Assembly: GCA_020184695.1 (NCBI GenBank)
Contig: JAANOX010000245.1
Span: 62,001 to 126,000 of the forward strand
Length of the DNA stretch: 64,000 nucleotides
Direction of reading: 5' to 3'
Source of the DNA: Histomonas meleagridis 2922-C6/04-290x
Taxonomy: Eukaryota > Protista > Parabasalia
Below the pieces are notes generated by a model. That model did not search any database. It worked only from the letters and a program-made list of their open reading frames with translations, and had not been told where the DNA came from. A program made the translations under genes and the position numbers. Positions 21,878 to 34,349 of the stretch are shown in pieces (the first letter of the stretch is position 1; every line of letters begins with the position of its first letter).

Positions 21878-24800
21878 TTTATTTATTTATATGATCCTTC
21901 GAGGTTATTATGTTTTCTTCTATTCGTTAGCAACTCTTCCTTCCGCAGGAACGAGATTACTATGTTTTCTTCGACTTCTTTTCCTTCTTCGTTTTCTGGG
22001 ACTTTTCGGTTGGCTTATTTCTTGATGTACCTCTTCTGATTTCTCTTCTTCTTCCACGTCTGTTTGGTTATTCAGGGATTTCTCCTTGAAAGCTTTCTTC
22101 TTCGATACTGTCTTCAATTTCTGTTGATGTTAATGATTCTTCGCCTTCACTTTCATCGGTCTGGACGCCTCTACCTTCATTCACGTTACGATTCCTTGGT
22201 TGTGGGTTGATAGCATTCCAGAAAATTTTCATAGAATGAATTAATGTACATTCACTGCATCTTTTACATGTTTCTGAAGTAATGATTTCATTATTATTAC
22301 ATAATTTTAAGATATCCGAATAAGTTTCGAATGGTATTGCTCCAAGAGATGAAATAACAATGATATAGTATTTAACTTTAATTTGATAAGTGTCAGTAAT
22401 ATCTTGAATCAAAGTTTCATATTTCTTATTTTTAATGTAACGACTATAATTTAATGAGTTGGAAATCTCTTCGTCTGGTAATGTGTTAATGTTCGAGATT
22501 TCACCATAAGGTATAGTTATTTCGATTATATTAAGATTACCTTTTTTGTCATCCAAATACCATATGTCTGGTTTAAGTCTTTTAGATCTATCAGGTAAAA
22601 TGAAAGTCATTAATTTTAACTTCTTGTGATCTATGGAAAATAAATTTAGATTTATTTGATTTTTCGATAGATTTAATAATAATTTCACCAACATCATTGT
22701 GTCTTCGAGTATATTTGGAGTATTGAGGAACACAATGATTTAGAATATGTTTCAGTGATTCAATCTCGTTTTGGTTTCTACAATATGGGCAAATTTTGGA
22801 CGTATTTGGATTCTTTTTACTTAAAATTTCCTTAGTAGGTAAGTTATTACATCTTGCATTGATACAAAAACGTTGAATACTATCTGAAGTTTTTCTTGTA
22901 TAGGTACCGAAAAAAGAGTTAGAGTATTTAGAGTTTTCAAGAGTAAAAAAAGAGTGACCATGAAGTTTAAATTCTTGAAGTTTATTAAGATGACGTTTTT
23001 GAAGTAACGTAATTAACGATCTGTTAAAATTATTGATCGAGTTACATTCAATAATTTCATCATTATCAAGATTCTTCATGGAAAGAGAGTTATTATTAAA
23101 GTTGATACCTATATTTAATTTACGTGATGCATCGATTGCTCGAATGAATAAATTATTAGTTTTATTCTCTGATTCTTGTGCTATTTGGTTTTCATATTCA
23201 GTGATATTGTTAAATCTTTGAGGAACTTCTGAGATAATTATTCTTCTAAAATTAATTTCATCTTCTGCCATTTGTTGTATGAAGTGTTTAACTGTTTCAT
23301 TTTTCGAGTAAAATAAAGATAAATAAGTTTTAATTTGTAAATAGAGATATCTTTCTTTAAGAGAAGGAATTCCAAGTCCTCCATCTTTCCAATTACAATA
23401 AAAGAAATGTTTAGGTGTACTATTGCTTGTTGATATGATGATTGATTAATTTTCGAATTTTTTGTTCTAAGTGTTTAGTTTTTGTAAGACTAATTTGTCC
23501 ATTTATCATAATAAAATCTAATTGTGGAATTATAAATCGTTTAAGAGCATCTAATTTTTGATTTAATCTTAGTTTTGATTCACCAATTAATTCGATTTTC
23601 CTTATAACTTCATTAATAGTTCGATCTGCGAATTTCATACGTTGTCTTTTAGTAACTGAAATTGCTGAACCTAGATATTGAATATTAGCTAAAACATCAT
23701 TATTTTGGATTGGGACATTATTTATAATCAAAGGTTCTTGTAAAGGAATTCTACGATTACCATCTAAAATGTATGAAAATGATTGGCATTTTTGTGGTGC
23801 TAATTGAATTTTAGCATAATTACAATATTTTGTTGTAGTATTAATTAATTCTTCCATTTTTTCTCGTTCATCTGAAATTAACATTACATCATCTGCATAT
23901 ACTTGGATTCCCATGTTAATATTATCATTTAATTCTTGAATATAGATATCTGTTCCTTTTCGTTCTTCATTAATCTTTCTAATTAGAGGTTCGAGACAAA
24001 GATTAAATAAAAGAGGCGATAGAGGGCATCCTTGTCTAACTCCTCTTCTTATTCTAATATCATTTGATTTGATTCCATTGATAACAATGTTTGTGGAAAT
24101 ATTTTGATACATAGAATGAATAATTTCGATTATATTATTGTTAAAAAGCCTAATTGTTTCATATTATTAAAGATAAATTTATGTGGAATTGAACCGAATG
24201 CATTAGCAAAGTCTAGAGTTGTAATAATAATATTCCTATTTTTCCTATAAGCATCAGATATTAATTCATTGGCTGTGACTGTATGTTCAGTGCAACCATT
24301 ACAACCTTTAATGAATCCTTTTTGTTGTGGTGAGAAAATATGTTTTGATTTGTTTACTATTTGAATACTATCTGCTAATAATGTAGTAAAAATTCTGTAA
24401 ATTGTATCTGAAATACTTATTGGTCTCCAATTCTTTGGTATTGATGGGTCATCTTTTTTGAATATTAAAATAGTTTTGGATTGTTTCCATTGTTCTGGTA
24501 TTTTTTGAAATTTAATAATGTTTTTAATAATTAGAGATAATAAAATTGCTGTATTTTTTGGATTACTTTTCCAAACAGAATTAGGAATTCCATCTGGACC
24601 ACATGCAGATAAATTGTCTTTAATTTTAATTGTATTAATGATATTCTTTTCATCTGTAATATAATCAATAATAAATTTGTTGTCTTCATTAGATAAAAGT
24701 TTAGGTAGATACCATGTATCATCTTCTATAATATGTTCTTTATTAGCCCATTCATTATTAAAATGTTTTTCAAGTTGTTCGATTGGTATATTACATGAAG

Positions 24801-26633
24801 GTGTTGTATTGGCTAAAAGTTTCCATCGGATACATCTTTTAGGATCTTCATCATAAAATTTACGTAGTTTTTCACTTCCTTTTATATCATTTGGGTTTAA
24901 TTTATCAATATAATTTCTAAGTATTGTTCTAATCCATTTAAATCTTTTCTTCACGATGTTCTTCGTCTTCATTAATTAAATTATCTATATCTTCAACTGA
25001 TCGAATATTAAATATGTTTTTTTAATTTATTTTCACTAAATTTACTTAATGATTTGATTAAACCTTCTTTAATATTAGCAATAGTATTTTACGCGTTTTG
25101 GTTATTGTTTAAATCTTCTTGATGTGCATTAATAATATCTATAATTTTATAAATGTAATCAATAATTTTATCGATTTCAATAATTTTTATTTTTGATATA
25201 AGTATAGTTTTTTTCTTTTCTTATGATTTGTTTCTCATCGAATTTAATATTTATTTGATTGAGATTGGGGAATGTATTTGTTAATAGCTTTTTGAATTCT
25301 ATGTGTTGTTTTTAATTAAAAATCCATCCATAATGTTCCATGTAATGTTATCTTTGTCTAATAAGAATTTTGCTTCTTTTATAATATTATTTTTTTTTAT
25401 TTTATTGATTTTCGGCTGATTAGTTTTTCGCTGTGCTTTGTTTAATCTTTTGAAACTAACGTTTTGATTTCGATATTTATGCTCATTATCTGAAGAAGAT
25501 TCACTTTGTTGTTTTTCAATAGAGCTATCTTCTGAATCTTTATAATTTTGGCTATTTGCGATTTCAATTTCTTTTAGTGAACCATTGATTATTTGAATTT
25601 CTTGGATATTATTTGGTCTAGAACCTCTTATTGTTTGTCTTGAATTGATATGAGTTTGGGAATTATGAAGTCTCATAGCTTGGACTGAACTAACTATTGT
25701 TCCACATATTGTACATTTAAAACAATCTCTAGGTCTTAATAATTCATAAATTGTGAGTAATGTAGTATTTTCTTTAACATAACTCATAATTAACCCCCAA
25801 AAAGGGCCTGCATCTTTCCGCCATTTGAGGTAGGTTTTATGTTGCTTTTTATAGTGATCATATGCAGATCCTGTTTTTGGTTGTAACATAATTACAGTTA
25901 TTTATTAAACAAATATTTATTTGTCCTAATTTGTTATAAGTATTATTTGTATGATCATATTCATACCACTCAGTATCTTTTTCTAATAAATATCCAATGA
26001 TTTCTGATGATAGACAATTGTGTTTTTGATATTGTTCTTGATGAGTATTGAATAAATGTGAATCAATTTGTTGGTGATGGTTGGTTCCATAATTGCAGTT
26101 ATGATATTTACAACAATAAATATAAGGTTGTGGGAACCAGTTCCTCAGAATCATAAGCTGAATTAAATTGAGTTCCATTATATCAAAATCTGAATAGTTG
26201 TCAAAAACTGATTGGTTGAGCGTATCAATGTATTCTTTAAGTTGTTTGGTATCTGTGATTGTTTTGAGCTTGTTAATAACTTTATTTGAAATATCTTCTT
26301 GTTCATTGACTTTATCGACTGTCTGAATGTTAACATTAAATTGAATCGGGTTTTCATCGTCGTCGTCTGTTTTATCAGCGGCGTAGATGATGTCTTCTTC
26401 CAAAGCTTCGGGGCTAAGTTTTGGAGATATCGAAGCTCCTAAGGGTGTAGAATGTGCGGGAGAAGGAGTAGAGTCAACTGGGGTAGGTAAAGTCAAAAGA
26501 TCTTCTGAATCATTAGATGATAATCGATCTCGTGGATTTAAAATTCGTATCCCTCCTGGCTGAGGACTTCTGTTTCCTTCCTGCGAGCACGTAGCTGCAT
26601 TTTCAGGGGAAAAAAACAAAAAATGATCCATTT
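21878..26633 (-). mobile_element. RLE-type (R2/NeSL-like) non-LTR retrotransposon inserted in tRNA-Met, with several frameshifts
   Basis: N-terminal C2H2 fingers (CTICGTIVSSVQAMRLHNSQTH); RT motifs SACGPDG, WRPISI, QKGF, LDFANAFGSI, GVRQGCPLSPLLFNL, YADD, YLG, GGLG; CCHC knuckle CPYC..ESLKHILNHC plus RHN; RLE motif KPDIW...IIEITIPY; (TAAA)n-like 3' tail; flanked by a target-site duplication. Confidence 0.92.
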
Positions 26634-26706
26634 TGCTTTGGATGGGGCTCGAACCCACGACCTCAGGATTATGAGACCTGCGCTCTGCCGATTGAGCTAC
26701 CAAAGC
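26634..26706 (-). tRNA. tRNA-Met(CAT), elongator type
   Basis: GCTTTGG TA GCTC AATCGGCA GAGC G CAGGT CTCATAA TCCTG AGGTC GTGGG TTCGAGC CCCAT CCAAAGC A; 73 nt; G1:C72. Confidence 0.95.
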
Positions 26707-27042
26707 TTACATTTCTTTCTTATATTTATTAAATTTATTTATTAAATTTATTTATAATTAAAATATATTTTGTTCTGTGATAATGTCTCAAGTTTGGAAT
26801 ATCAGATAATTTATTTTTTATTTTTTCCATCTTATTTTTTTCACTCCAATTCATCATCTTTAACCACGAAAAAGCTTTGTGTTGATTTAAATTATTTTGA
26901 GAACATCAATATATTTATATTTGTTAATACACAAATAATTTTTTTTAATTTCCCAATATTTCCATACTTACATTTTAAAAAATATTATTATTATTGATGA
27001 TGATATATTTATTGTTTAAAATTTGTATTCAACAGACAGAGT

Positions 27043-28791
27043 TCATTGATCAATTTTTGAGATTACATATTTCTGGTTTCGAAACACTTCGTTTTTCTTA
27101 AATGAGAAATTAAATCCATTTGATGGCTCTTCTATGATATAGTCGACTCCAGCATCATTCCAAATTTGTTTTGTTGTGTTTTCATTTAATAAAAAGTCCA
27201 AATGATCGAGTTTAGAATTTAAGTTAAATCCGCAATTCCAAATTAAAGACTTATCTCCTAAGAACATTTGTCTGCCGGTAAATATCAATGGATGTAATTT
27301 TCTGGAGTTGATCAAAAACACTGATTTCTTCTTATATTTCTTTGTTGATATGATTTCATTGACAAGTTCAAAATCGTCATTATCAAATGATTCCTTTTCA
27401 AAATAAGAACTTCGTTTCATGCAAACAAATCCGCCAAATAATAAAAATGCAATTGTAAATGTGATTATAAATAATGCGCATCCTTGATATTCTTCATCTT
27501 TAGGATATTTACTAAACCTAACAAGAATCTCAGTGAAAATACACATTATAATTGGAATAAAAGTGGCCATAAATGATAAAGAATTGCTGTAATAATCTCT
27601 TCCTTCCCTGAAAAATTGAAGAAGCAAAAATGGACATAAAGCTGCCAAAAAGTGGTAAAGAAAACGGTTTTTCGGAATTTTCCAAATGAATAGAGAAACA
27701 ACTACAAAAACAGGCCCTAACGCAATAAACCAGATGACAAAAGGTGAGTAGAAGGTACCACGCATTTGTGCTTCTCTGAAAAGTGGTTTGTACGTAAATA
27801 CAAATGGATAAATCTTCAATATAAACGAAACTGCAAAAGCTCCAAGATATTTGATGTCATTGGAAATGCCGAATAAAACAAAGAAGGTAGAAATTGTAGT
27901 GGTTGCGCTTGGAATAAAGGCTGCGAAAACTGCACTTGCAATGGATGGATTCCAAAGAACAGCAAAAAGAGATAATGCAATGGAATAAGAAGATGACTTA
28001 GAAACAGAAAGGAAGAATCCTACGTTATGGTACCAAATTGAAACATGGTTTTTGCTAATTTGATGAACTAAATCATTTCTCATATCCATACGATGACTTC
28101 CACGGAAATATAGAAATGCTGCCCAACTTCCTGAAAAAAGATAAAGCAATGATGAAATTAATGGCCATCCAGTGATTTTATTTGATATATAAAAAATTGC
28201 AACAGCAACACAAACAGTATTCAAAAAGCAAATGATCATTGATGCTTTTTCGTATGAAGCACCAAGTGTCATTGATGTGGCTGTGAATAATAAAGGAATT
28301 GCATATCCTTGATATTTACGATTCGAAATTCTGGGATTGGAAAAATAAATTGGATTAAGTCTTCGTCTGTTACAACCTCTTAGTAATGAGTATATGAATG
28401 AAATTTCATCTTCATAAACAGGAATCATTATTTCTGGAATTGACCTGGAACCTGATTTATACATTGATGATAAATATTTTAAAGAAACACCGGCTGTAAG
28501 CAATATCAAAAAAATAAATAATGGATTGCTATGTCCCATTAATTTTGATTTCTTTGATTTCTTCATTAAAATAATTCCGCCTAAAATATTACCTGCTAAA
28601 AGTAAGAGAGAATGAATTATGCTTACTGGAATAATATAACTTGTAATATAAAGAACGAATCCATTTAAAACAGATCCAAGAAGCCATCCAGAACAAAGAC
28701 GAGGAATAAATTCCATATGTGTAACCTTGAGGTAGCCAAAAACTATATAACCAAAGAAAGTAACTGAACAGAAATATAGCAACCAAAACAT
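27043..28791 (-). CDS. Polytopic membrane protein of unknown family (possibly GT-C glycosyltransferase-like)
   Basis: 582-aa intact ORF with more than 10 hydrophobic segments and a soluble C-terminal domain. Confidence 0.6.
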   Translation of the reverse strand: MFWLLYFCSVTFFGYIVFGYLKVTHMEFIPRLCSGWLLGSVLNGFVLYITSYIIPVSIIHSLLLLAGNILGGIILMKKSKKSKLMGHSNPLFIFLILLTAGVSLKYLSSMYKSGSRSIPEIMIPVYEDEISFIYSLLRGCNRRRLNPIYFSNPRISNRKYQGYAIPLLFTATSMTLGASYEKASMIICFLNTVCVAVAIFYISNKITGWPLISSLLYLFSGSWAAFLYFRGSHRMDMRNDLVHQISKNHVSIWYHNVGFFLSVSKSSSYSIALSLFAVLWNPSIASAVFAAFIPSATTTISTFFVLFGISNDIKYLGAFAVSFILKIYPFVFTYKPLFREAQMRGTFYSPFVIWFIALGPVFVVVSLFIWKIPKNRFLYHFLAALCPFLLLQFFREGRDYYSNSLSFMATFIPIIMCIFTEILVRFSKYPKDEEYQGCALFIITFTIAFLLFGGFVCMKRSSYFEKESFDNDDFELVNEIISTKKYKKKSVFLINSRKLHPLIFTGRQMFLGDKSLIWNCGFNLNSKLDHLDFLLNENTTKQIWNDAGVDYIIEEPSNGFNFSFKKNEVFRNQKYVISKIDQ

Positions 28792-29028
28792 AATTTTTAA
28801 TGAAACCGTTTATAAACGTGCAATTTTAGACATAAAAATTCATTCTGCAACATTCGATGAGTAAAAAGCAAAATATTGCAATCAAAATTACCTTTAATAA
28901 GAAATAGAAGTTGCTCATTTATGATGATTTCTTTTATTCCATGTAAAAAAATGACTTTTAAATAATTGAAGGCCGTTTACATTTTATAATAAACGTCCTC
29001 TTGTTTGGGGGGACCTGTTTTGCGCCAA

Positions 29029-30368
29029 ATGGAAGAAATCATCAAAATCCAACAAAATTTTTTACATGAACTTGATCAACGTGTTCAAGTGACAAAAGAT
29101 TTTTATGAGTTTAGGAGTGGTTCTTCTTCTACATTTCAAAACATTGTAAGAAAGTTCAATAAGAATATTGCTGATTTTATTCAAGCTATGCTTGATGAAT
29201 TGCAAAATTACTCATCTGAAAATGTTGCATTAGTTGCTTCAAATGAATATTTTCATCAACTTTATGAAACATTTCGACTTTCTTATAACAATCTTGTAAG
29301 TAATATTAATACAATTATCACAGATTATACAACAACTCGACATAATTTTAATGAAGTTACTAAAATGCTTATTGAAAGTGATTCAGAAAATCAACGACTT
29401 CAGAAAGAAAACCAAAATCTTCGTTTAAGTCTCCAACAGTATAAATCTGCAGTTGAGCGTTATGATCAACGGGAAGCATCCATTATTTCATATTTTAAGA
29501 ATCTTTTTCAATATCAAGTTCAAATTGAAGAAACGACACAAATGTTTACAGAACTTCGTGAGTTACTTATAAAACGTTCAGAGAACAATTCCGAATTATC
29601 CGAACTTAGTAATCAACTTACAGATGCGCAGCAGACTCTTTCGTTACTTCAAAGCGAAGTTTCTTTACTTCGTGAGCAAAACTCATCACTTGCAGCAGAA
29701 AAAGAAGAACTCAGCACGCGCTCAGAGCTTATGCACTTAAAGCTTCAAAGCACTAATACAGAGAGTGGCGAACTGCAGCAAAAGCTTCAAGAAACGGAAG
29801 AGAAATGTCTTCGAATGTCGCAAAGCATGAACGCGCTGCAAAGCGAAATCAATAAATTCCGAGCGGAGAATAACGAACTACGAAAAAGAATCAAATTCTC
29901 AATGCAGAACTTAAAACGGCGCAAGACGAAAAGCAGAAGTTCATCGATGCCGCACGTGGGTGGCACGACAGGTACAAGAAGCTGCTGCAGCACTACAACG
30001 AAAGAATTGAAGCGAACGAAAACGAAAACGAAAACGAAAATGCGAAAGAAAGCGAAAACGAGAAAATTGACGAAGTTGATGAAAGCGAAAACGAAAATGA
30101 AAATGAAAACGAGGACGAGCACCGCGAGCCGCCGCCAGTGCCCGAGCCGACACTTGACGAGACGCGCGAAGTTGTAAGTGACGAAAGCGACGCACAGCAC
30201 ACAGAAGAAGAGGAAAATGCTGCGGAAGAAGAAAAAAAGTCGAAGAAAAATAACGAAACGAAATCAGAGCACGAAAGCAATAACGAAGAAGCAGAAGAAG
30301 TCGGCAGCGAACATGCAAACGATGCAAGCGAAGATTCCAATATGCACAACGATGATGCAACAGAATAA
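29029..30368 (+). CDS. Coiled-coil protein with acidic (EN)n tail; one 1-nt frameshift near 29890
   Basis: Heptad-rich ORF from ATG 29029. After cgaaaaagaatcaaatt the sensible frame is ILNAELKTAQDEKQKFIDAARGWHDRY...NENENE...DDATE* (stop 30368). Confidence 0.7.
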
Positions 30369-30865
30369 TGTCAGTAAATAATATAAAATTTTATATATTT
30401 TGTAAATGTTTTTGATTATAAATATTTTGATACTGTCAAATGCTTTTATTCAATGTCTGAAGATTACTTTCTTTCGTTTAAGTTAAATTATTTTTTTATG
30501 TTGGAGCAAAAACATAAATATTATTGAAAACAAATAAATATGATTTATCATTTTGAAATATTCAAATTATTTAATATTATATTTCAATATAGACAAATAA
30601 AATGTCGCTACCAAATATTTCAGTTTCCATCTTTAACTTACTATAAAACACTACTCAAAATATTTACTCTATTTTCACAAGCAATTGTCTTAAGTTTTAC
30701 TAAAGAACAACAAAGCATCGAAAGACATTTTCGGGTTCGCATTCCACGCAAATTCGCAGCGCTTTCGCTGATTTAATTTGTTTTTCGTTTTAAAAATTAA
30801 ATTTTTGCATTTATAATATTTTACAATTTATTTAAATTTATACATTTGAAACAATTTACATCACA

Positions 30866-31988
30866 TTACATAACTCCGCACGAACGTTCTTCGTCACTTT
30901 CGCTGTCTGTTGTGTAATATGTTTCGTTTCGTCTTCTGTATTCGCTCCGGTGACTTCCGAATGTTTCCTCTTCGTCCGGATCTCTCATTTGCGCTGCGAA
31001 CGCTTCTTCGTCGTCAGCTTGTACACTTTCGTTATGCCTCCGCACGTTTATGCTGTTTAACGCCTCAATAAGTTCCGTCGTAATTTGTTCCCTCCGGCGT
31101 GTGCGCAATGATTATCCGATCGTCCAAATGCCGTATTGCAAACGCAGCGCCAAGAAGCGCTTCGCTGAGTTGCACATCTTTCTCATACAAAAGATTGGAA
31201 TAACTCCGTTTGAAGTATTCGTGTTCCGCCTCTTCAACGACAACAACCAAATCGCCGGCTTCAACATTCGGCGCTTCGTCTGATTCGCCTTTAAAGATTA
31301 TCGTTTCGCCATTCTCCATACCGCGCTTGATGTCGACTTTAATATATTTCGCAGTTTCAACGGTGCACTCGCCATTGCATTCTGTGCATACGTCCCGCGC
31401 CTCTATGACTTCGCCGCTGCCGTTGCATTTGGAGCACGTGTTGATCTCGCGGTGGTCGCCGTATCCCCTGACGATGCGCGCGGACTGTGCTGCCTTTGCC
31501 TTGGCAGACGGGACACTTACGGCGATAGCGCCCATCTTTGGTACCGTTGCCATGGCATTTGCTGCAGATTCGCTGGCGTTTAATGCGGAGTTTAATCGTG
31601 CGGCCGTTATAAAGATCTTCTAAAGAAACTTGAACTGGATAAGTTATATCTTCTGAACGACGAATATGACTGTAATTATGAACATCATCAAAACTACTGA
31701 AACCAAAATGCTTCGTAAAGATATCAAAAAGATCGTTATCATTATTCCCAAAAAATCGAAATCAACACCTTGAAGACCAAATTGATCATAACTTCGTCGT
31801 TTCTTTGGATCTTTAAGAATTTCATACGCTTCATTTATCTCTTGAAATTGTTCCGTTGAACTTGGATCATCATGATTTTTGTCTGGATGAAGTTCACGTG
31901 CTTTTTGTTGAAATGCCCGTTTGATTTGACGCTGGCTTGCATCTGGACTGACACCAAGAATGTCATATAGCCTCGTGTCGACAACCAT
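30866..31988 (-). pseudogene. Type I DnaJ (DnaJA/Ydj1-like) with frameshifts and an internal deletion
   Basis: J domain with HPD; CxxCxGxG zinc repeats (CSKCHGNG, CPVCQGKG, CSKCNGSG, CTECNGE); C-terminal domain; CaaX end SCGVM*. At least three frame changes, and part of CTD II is absent near 31090. Confidence 0.75.
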
Positions 31989-32271
31989 TTGCAATGCTCG
32001 ACCATTTATAAAAGTGGCAAAATGTTGTTTATGAATAAAAAAAATAGAAAATTAAATAAAATTAATAATATTAAATATAAATATATGATATTAACAAAAA
32101 ATAAAAGTTATTGATTAAGTAATGATGAAATAATAATATGTTCAAACTCTTCAAATGTGTGTGAATTTGAAGTAGGATTCAATTTTTTTAATTCTGCTTT
32201 AACATCTTCACGATATGGCTTAAGTGGATCTCCAAGTTTATGTTCTGCTTCTTTAATATTTAACTCGTCAA

Positions 32272-32541
32272 TCATATCTTTTTTCGTTTTTGTGAGATTT
32301 GTTCTTTAATCGAATTTGTGGCTTCTTTTAATTCAAGTTCTTTATCATATGATGCTCGAAGACTTTCACTACTTAATACTGAATATGCATCAACAATCTC
32401 TAAAAATTTTTGTGTCGTAACTGGATTAACTTCTGTTTGTTTATCTGGATGATATTTCTTAGCCATTAATCGGTATCCTTTTTTAATCTCTGAAAGCGTT
32501 GCATCACGAGAAACACCTAAAACTTCATAGAGATTACTCAT
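32272..32541 (-). CDS. Small J-domain-only protein
   Basis: NLYEVLGV...KKYHPDK...[11 protein letters not shown]. Confidence 0.85.
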   Translation of the reverse strand: MSNLYEVLGVSRDATLSEIKKGYRLMAKKYHPDKQTEVNPVTTQKFLEIVDAYSVLSSESLRASYDKELELKEATNSIKEQISQKRKKI

Positions 32542-32632
32542 TCCAATTTAAACGGCCGAAAAGTGAACTCAAAAAATGAAAAAATTAAAAAATTTCATTA
32601 TTTAATATACAAACATTTATTTATTTAAATAT

Positions 32633-34050
32633 TCATTCGGAATAATAATGGTCAATTAAATAACGAGCATTAGATGAAATTTCACAATCTGAATCAAATG
32701 CAAATTGATTTAAAAGATCTTCACCAATCCCTTCAATGATTTCTTCTTTAACACTTTCAAAATATTCGGTCGATGATAATTTATCCAAAATACTTGAAAA
32801 TCCATTTAAAATTATTCCAATATGAATATCTTCAACATATAATAAATCAAAAAATACATCAAAAAAATGTTATGAACAATTTCAAATATTTTAATTAAAT
32901 CACTTTGAGCACAACTTTGAAGAAGTGCACAAAAACATTTCAATTATATTAACTTTAATCACAATTGAACAATTTTTGAAGAATGTGGATACATTGATCC
33001 AAAAGATTTGATGAAAGAATTTCTTCATGATATTCATAATTTTCACAATATATAATTAAAATTTGAATTGATTCTTCTTGAATACCAGGATCAAAATATG
33101 CTTCAAATATTATATTTAATCGACAAAAAAGTTCTTTCATATTAATATATGAAATATTCATCGTAATAATTTTTGAGATAGTAATAAGTGAATTATAAAT
33201 TAATGAAACATCATTAAATTTTAATGATTTCATTAATATTTCATTAAAATTATTTGGCGCTGAAAATTCAAAAAAAAATTCATTTTGATATTCAATTAAT
33301 TTATATAAACAATTAATAATTACATGATTGTGTTTTAATATTTACTTGATCAAATGATTGATATAATAATATATAAAGATTTTTAATGTCATCTTCATTG
33401 ATATTTGAAAGATCGCGTTGAAGAAATCCTGAAATAGATACAAAAGTTGGAAATAATAATAAATTTTTTAAAACAAAATTTTCATTTATAAGTTGAAATG
33501 AAATTTCAAGAATTCGATGAAAACATTTCGTTTCATGAAGAAGTAAATCATAATTCGGTTCTTTATAAAGAAGAATTGATACAAAATAAAGACATGAAAT
33601 AAGTAATTCGAAATTATTATTATTTATTGTGATATAATTACAAATATTTAGAATAATTTCATTAGATAGAAAATTTGTGATATTTTCTTCTGGTGAATGA
33701 TGTTCAATAAATGTGGAAATACATTCTATTAATGAAACTGTATAATGTTGAAGTCCATTCATAATCAATGTTTGAAAAAATTGAAATATTTGACATGTTG
33801 AAACAAAAAAAGAATAATTTATTTCTGATTCTGAAACAAGGTTACGAATAGTATCAATAATATCAACTAAATAAATAGGATCTGTAATTGTGATTAATTG
33901 TTGATATTTTTCATAACAAAGTTGTCTTTGTGATTCAGCATTTTCTTCTTCTTCTTTAAGTGAATCTTCTGAACCAAAAAATAATTTAGTTGCTCTTCCT
34001 ATTAATCTTGAAACTCTTGGACTTTGTTTGTAATCAATTGAAGAAATCAT
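32633..34050 (-). pseudogene. Helical (ARM/HEAT-like) repeat protein interrupted by 1-nt frameshifts
   Basis: Fragments 34050-33313, 33233-32955 and a terminal frame ending HYYSE* at 32633 join by single-base shifts. This could be decay or assembly indels. Confidence 0.5.
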
Positions 34051-34349
34051 TTTATTTTCTGAAGAGGACGTTTAAAATTAATCAAATAGAAACAAAAAAT
34101 CAAAATATGTACAAACTACAATACAAAGAAAAGGCTAAAAGTTATACTAAAGTAAGCTTTTCTTTTTCTAAAAAAAGTTTTTTGTTGATATATCTGTAAA
34201 TGATTTTAAAATTTTTAGAGAACTATGTTTAAAACATATCATACTAATTTTATGTCATATATATGAATGATATATTTGGTAATTATTAACATAGTTGTGT
34301 TGCATTCATAAAAAATGTGATTTTTTTTTAGCTGTCACTTTTTTATTTT

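Noticed and set aside
26632-26703. ORF-track N-terminus MVAQSAERRSHNPEVVGSSPIQSK
   Set aside because: This is the tRNA-Met gene read as codons from a non-ATG start, not protein.
29895-30177. K/T-rich tail (KTKTKTKM) of ORF 29005-30177 and the antisense SFSF/FRFR ORFs
   Set aside because: These are out-of-frame and antisense readings of the acidic ENENEN repeat after a 1-nt shift.
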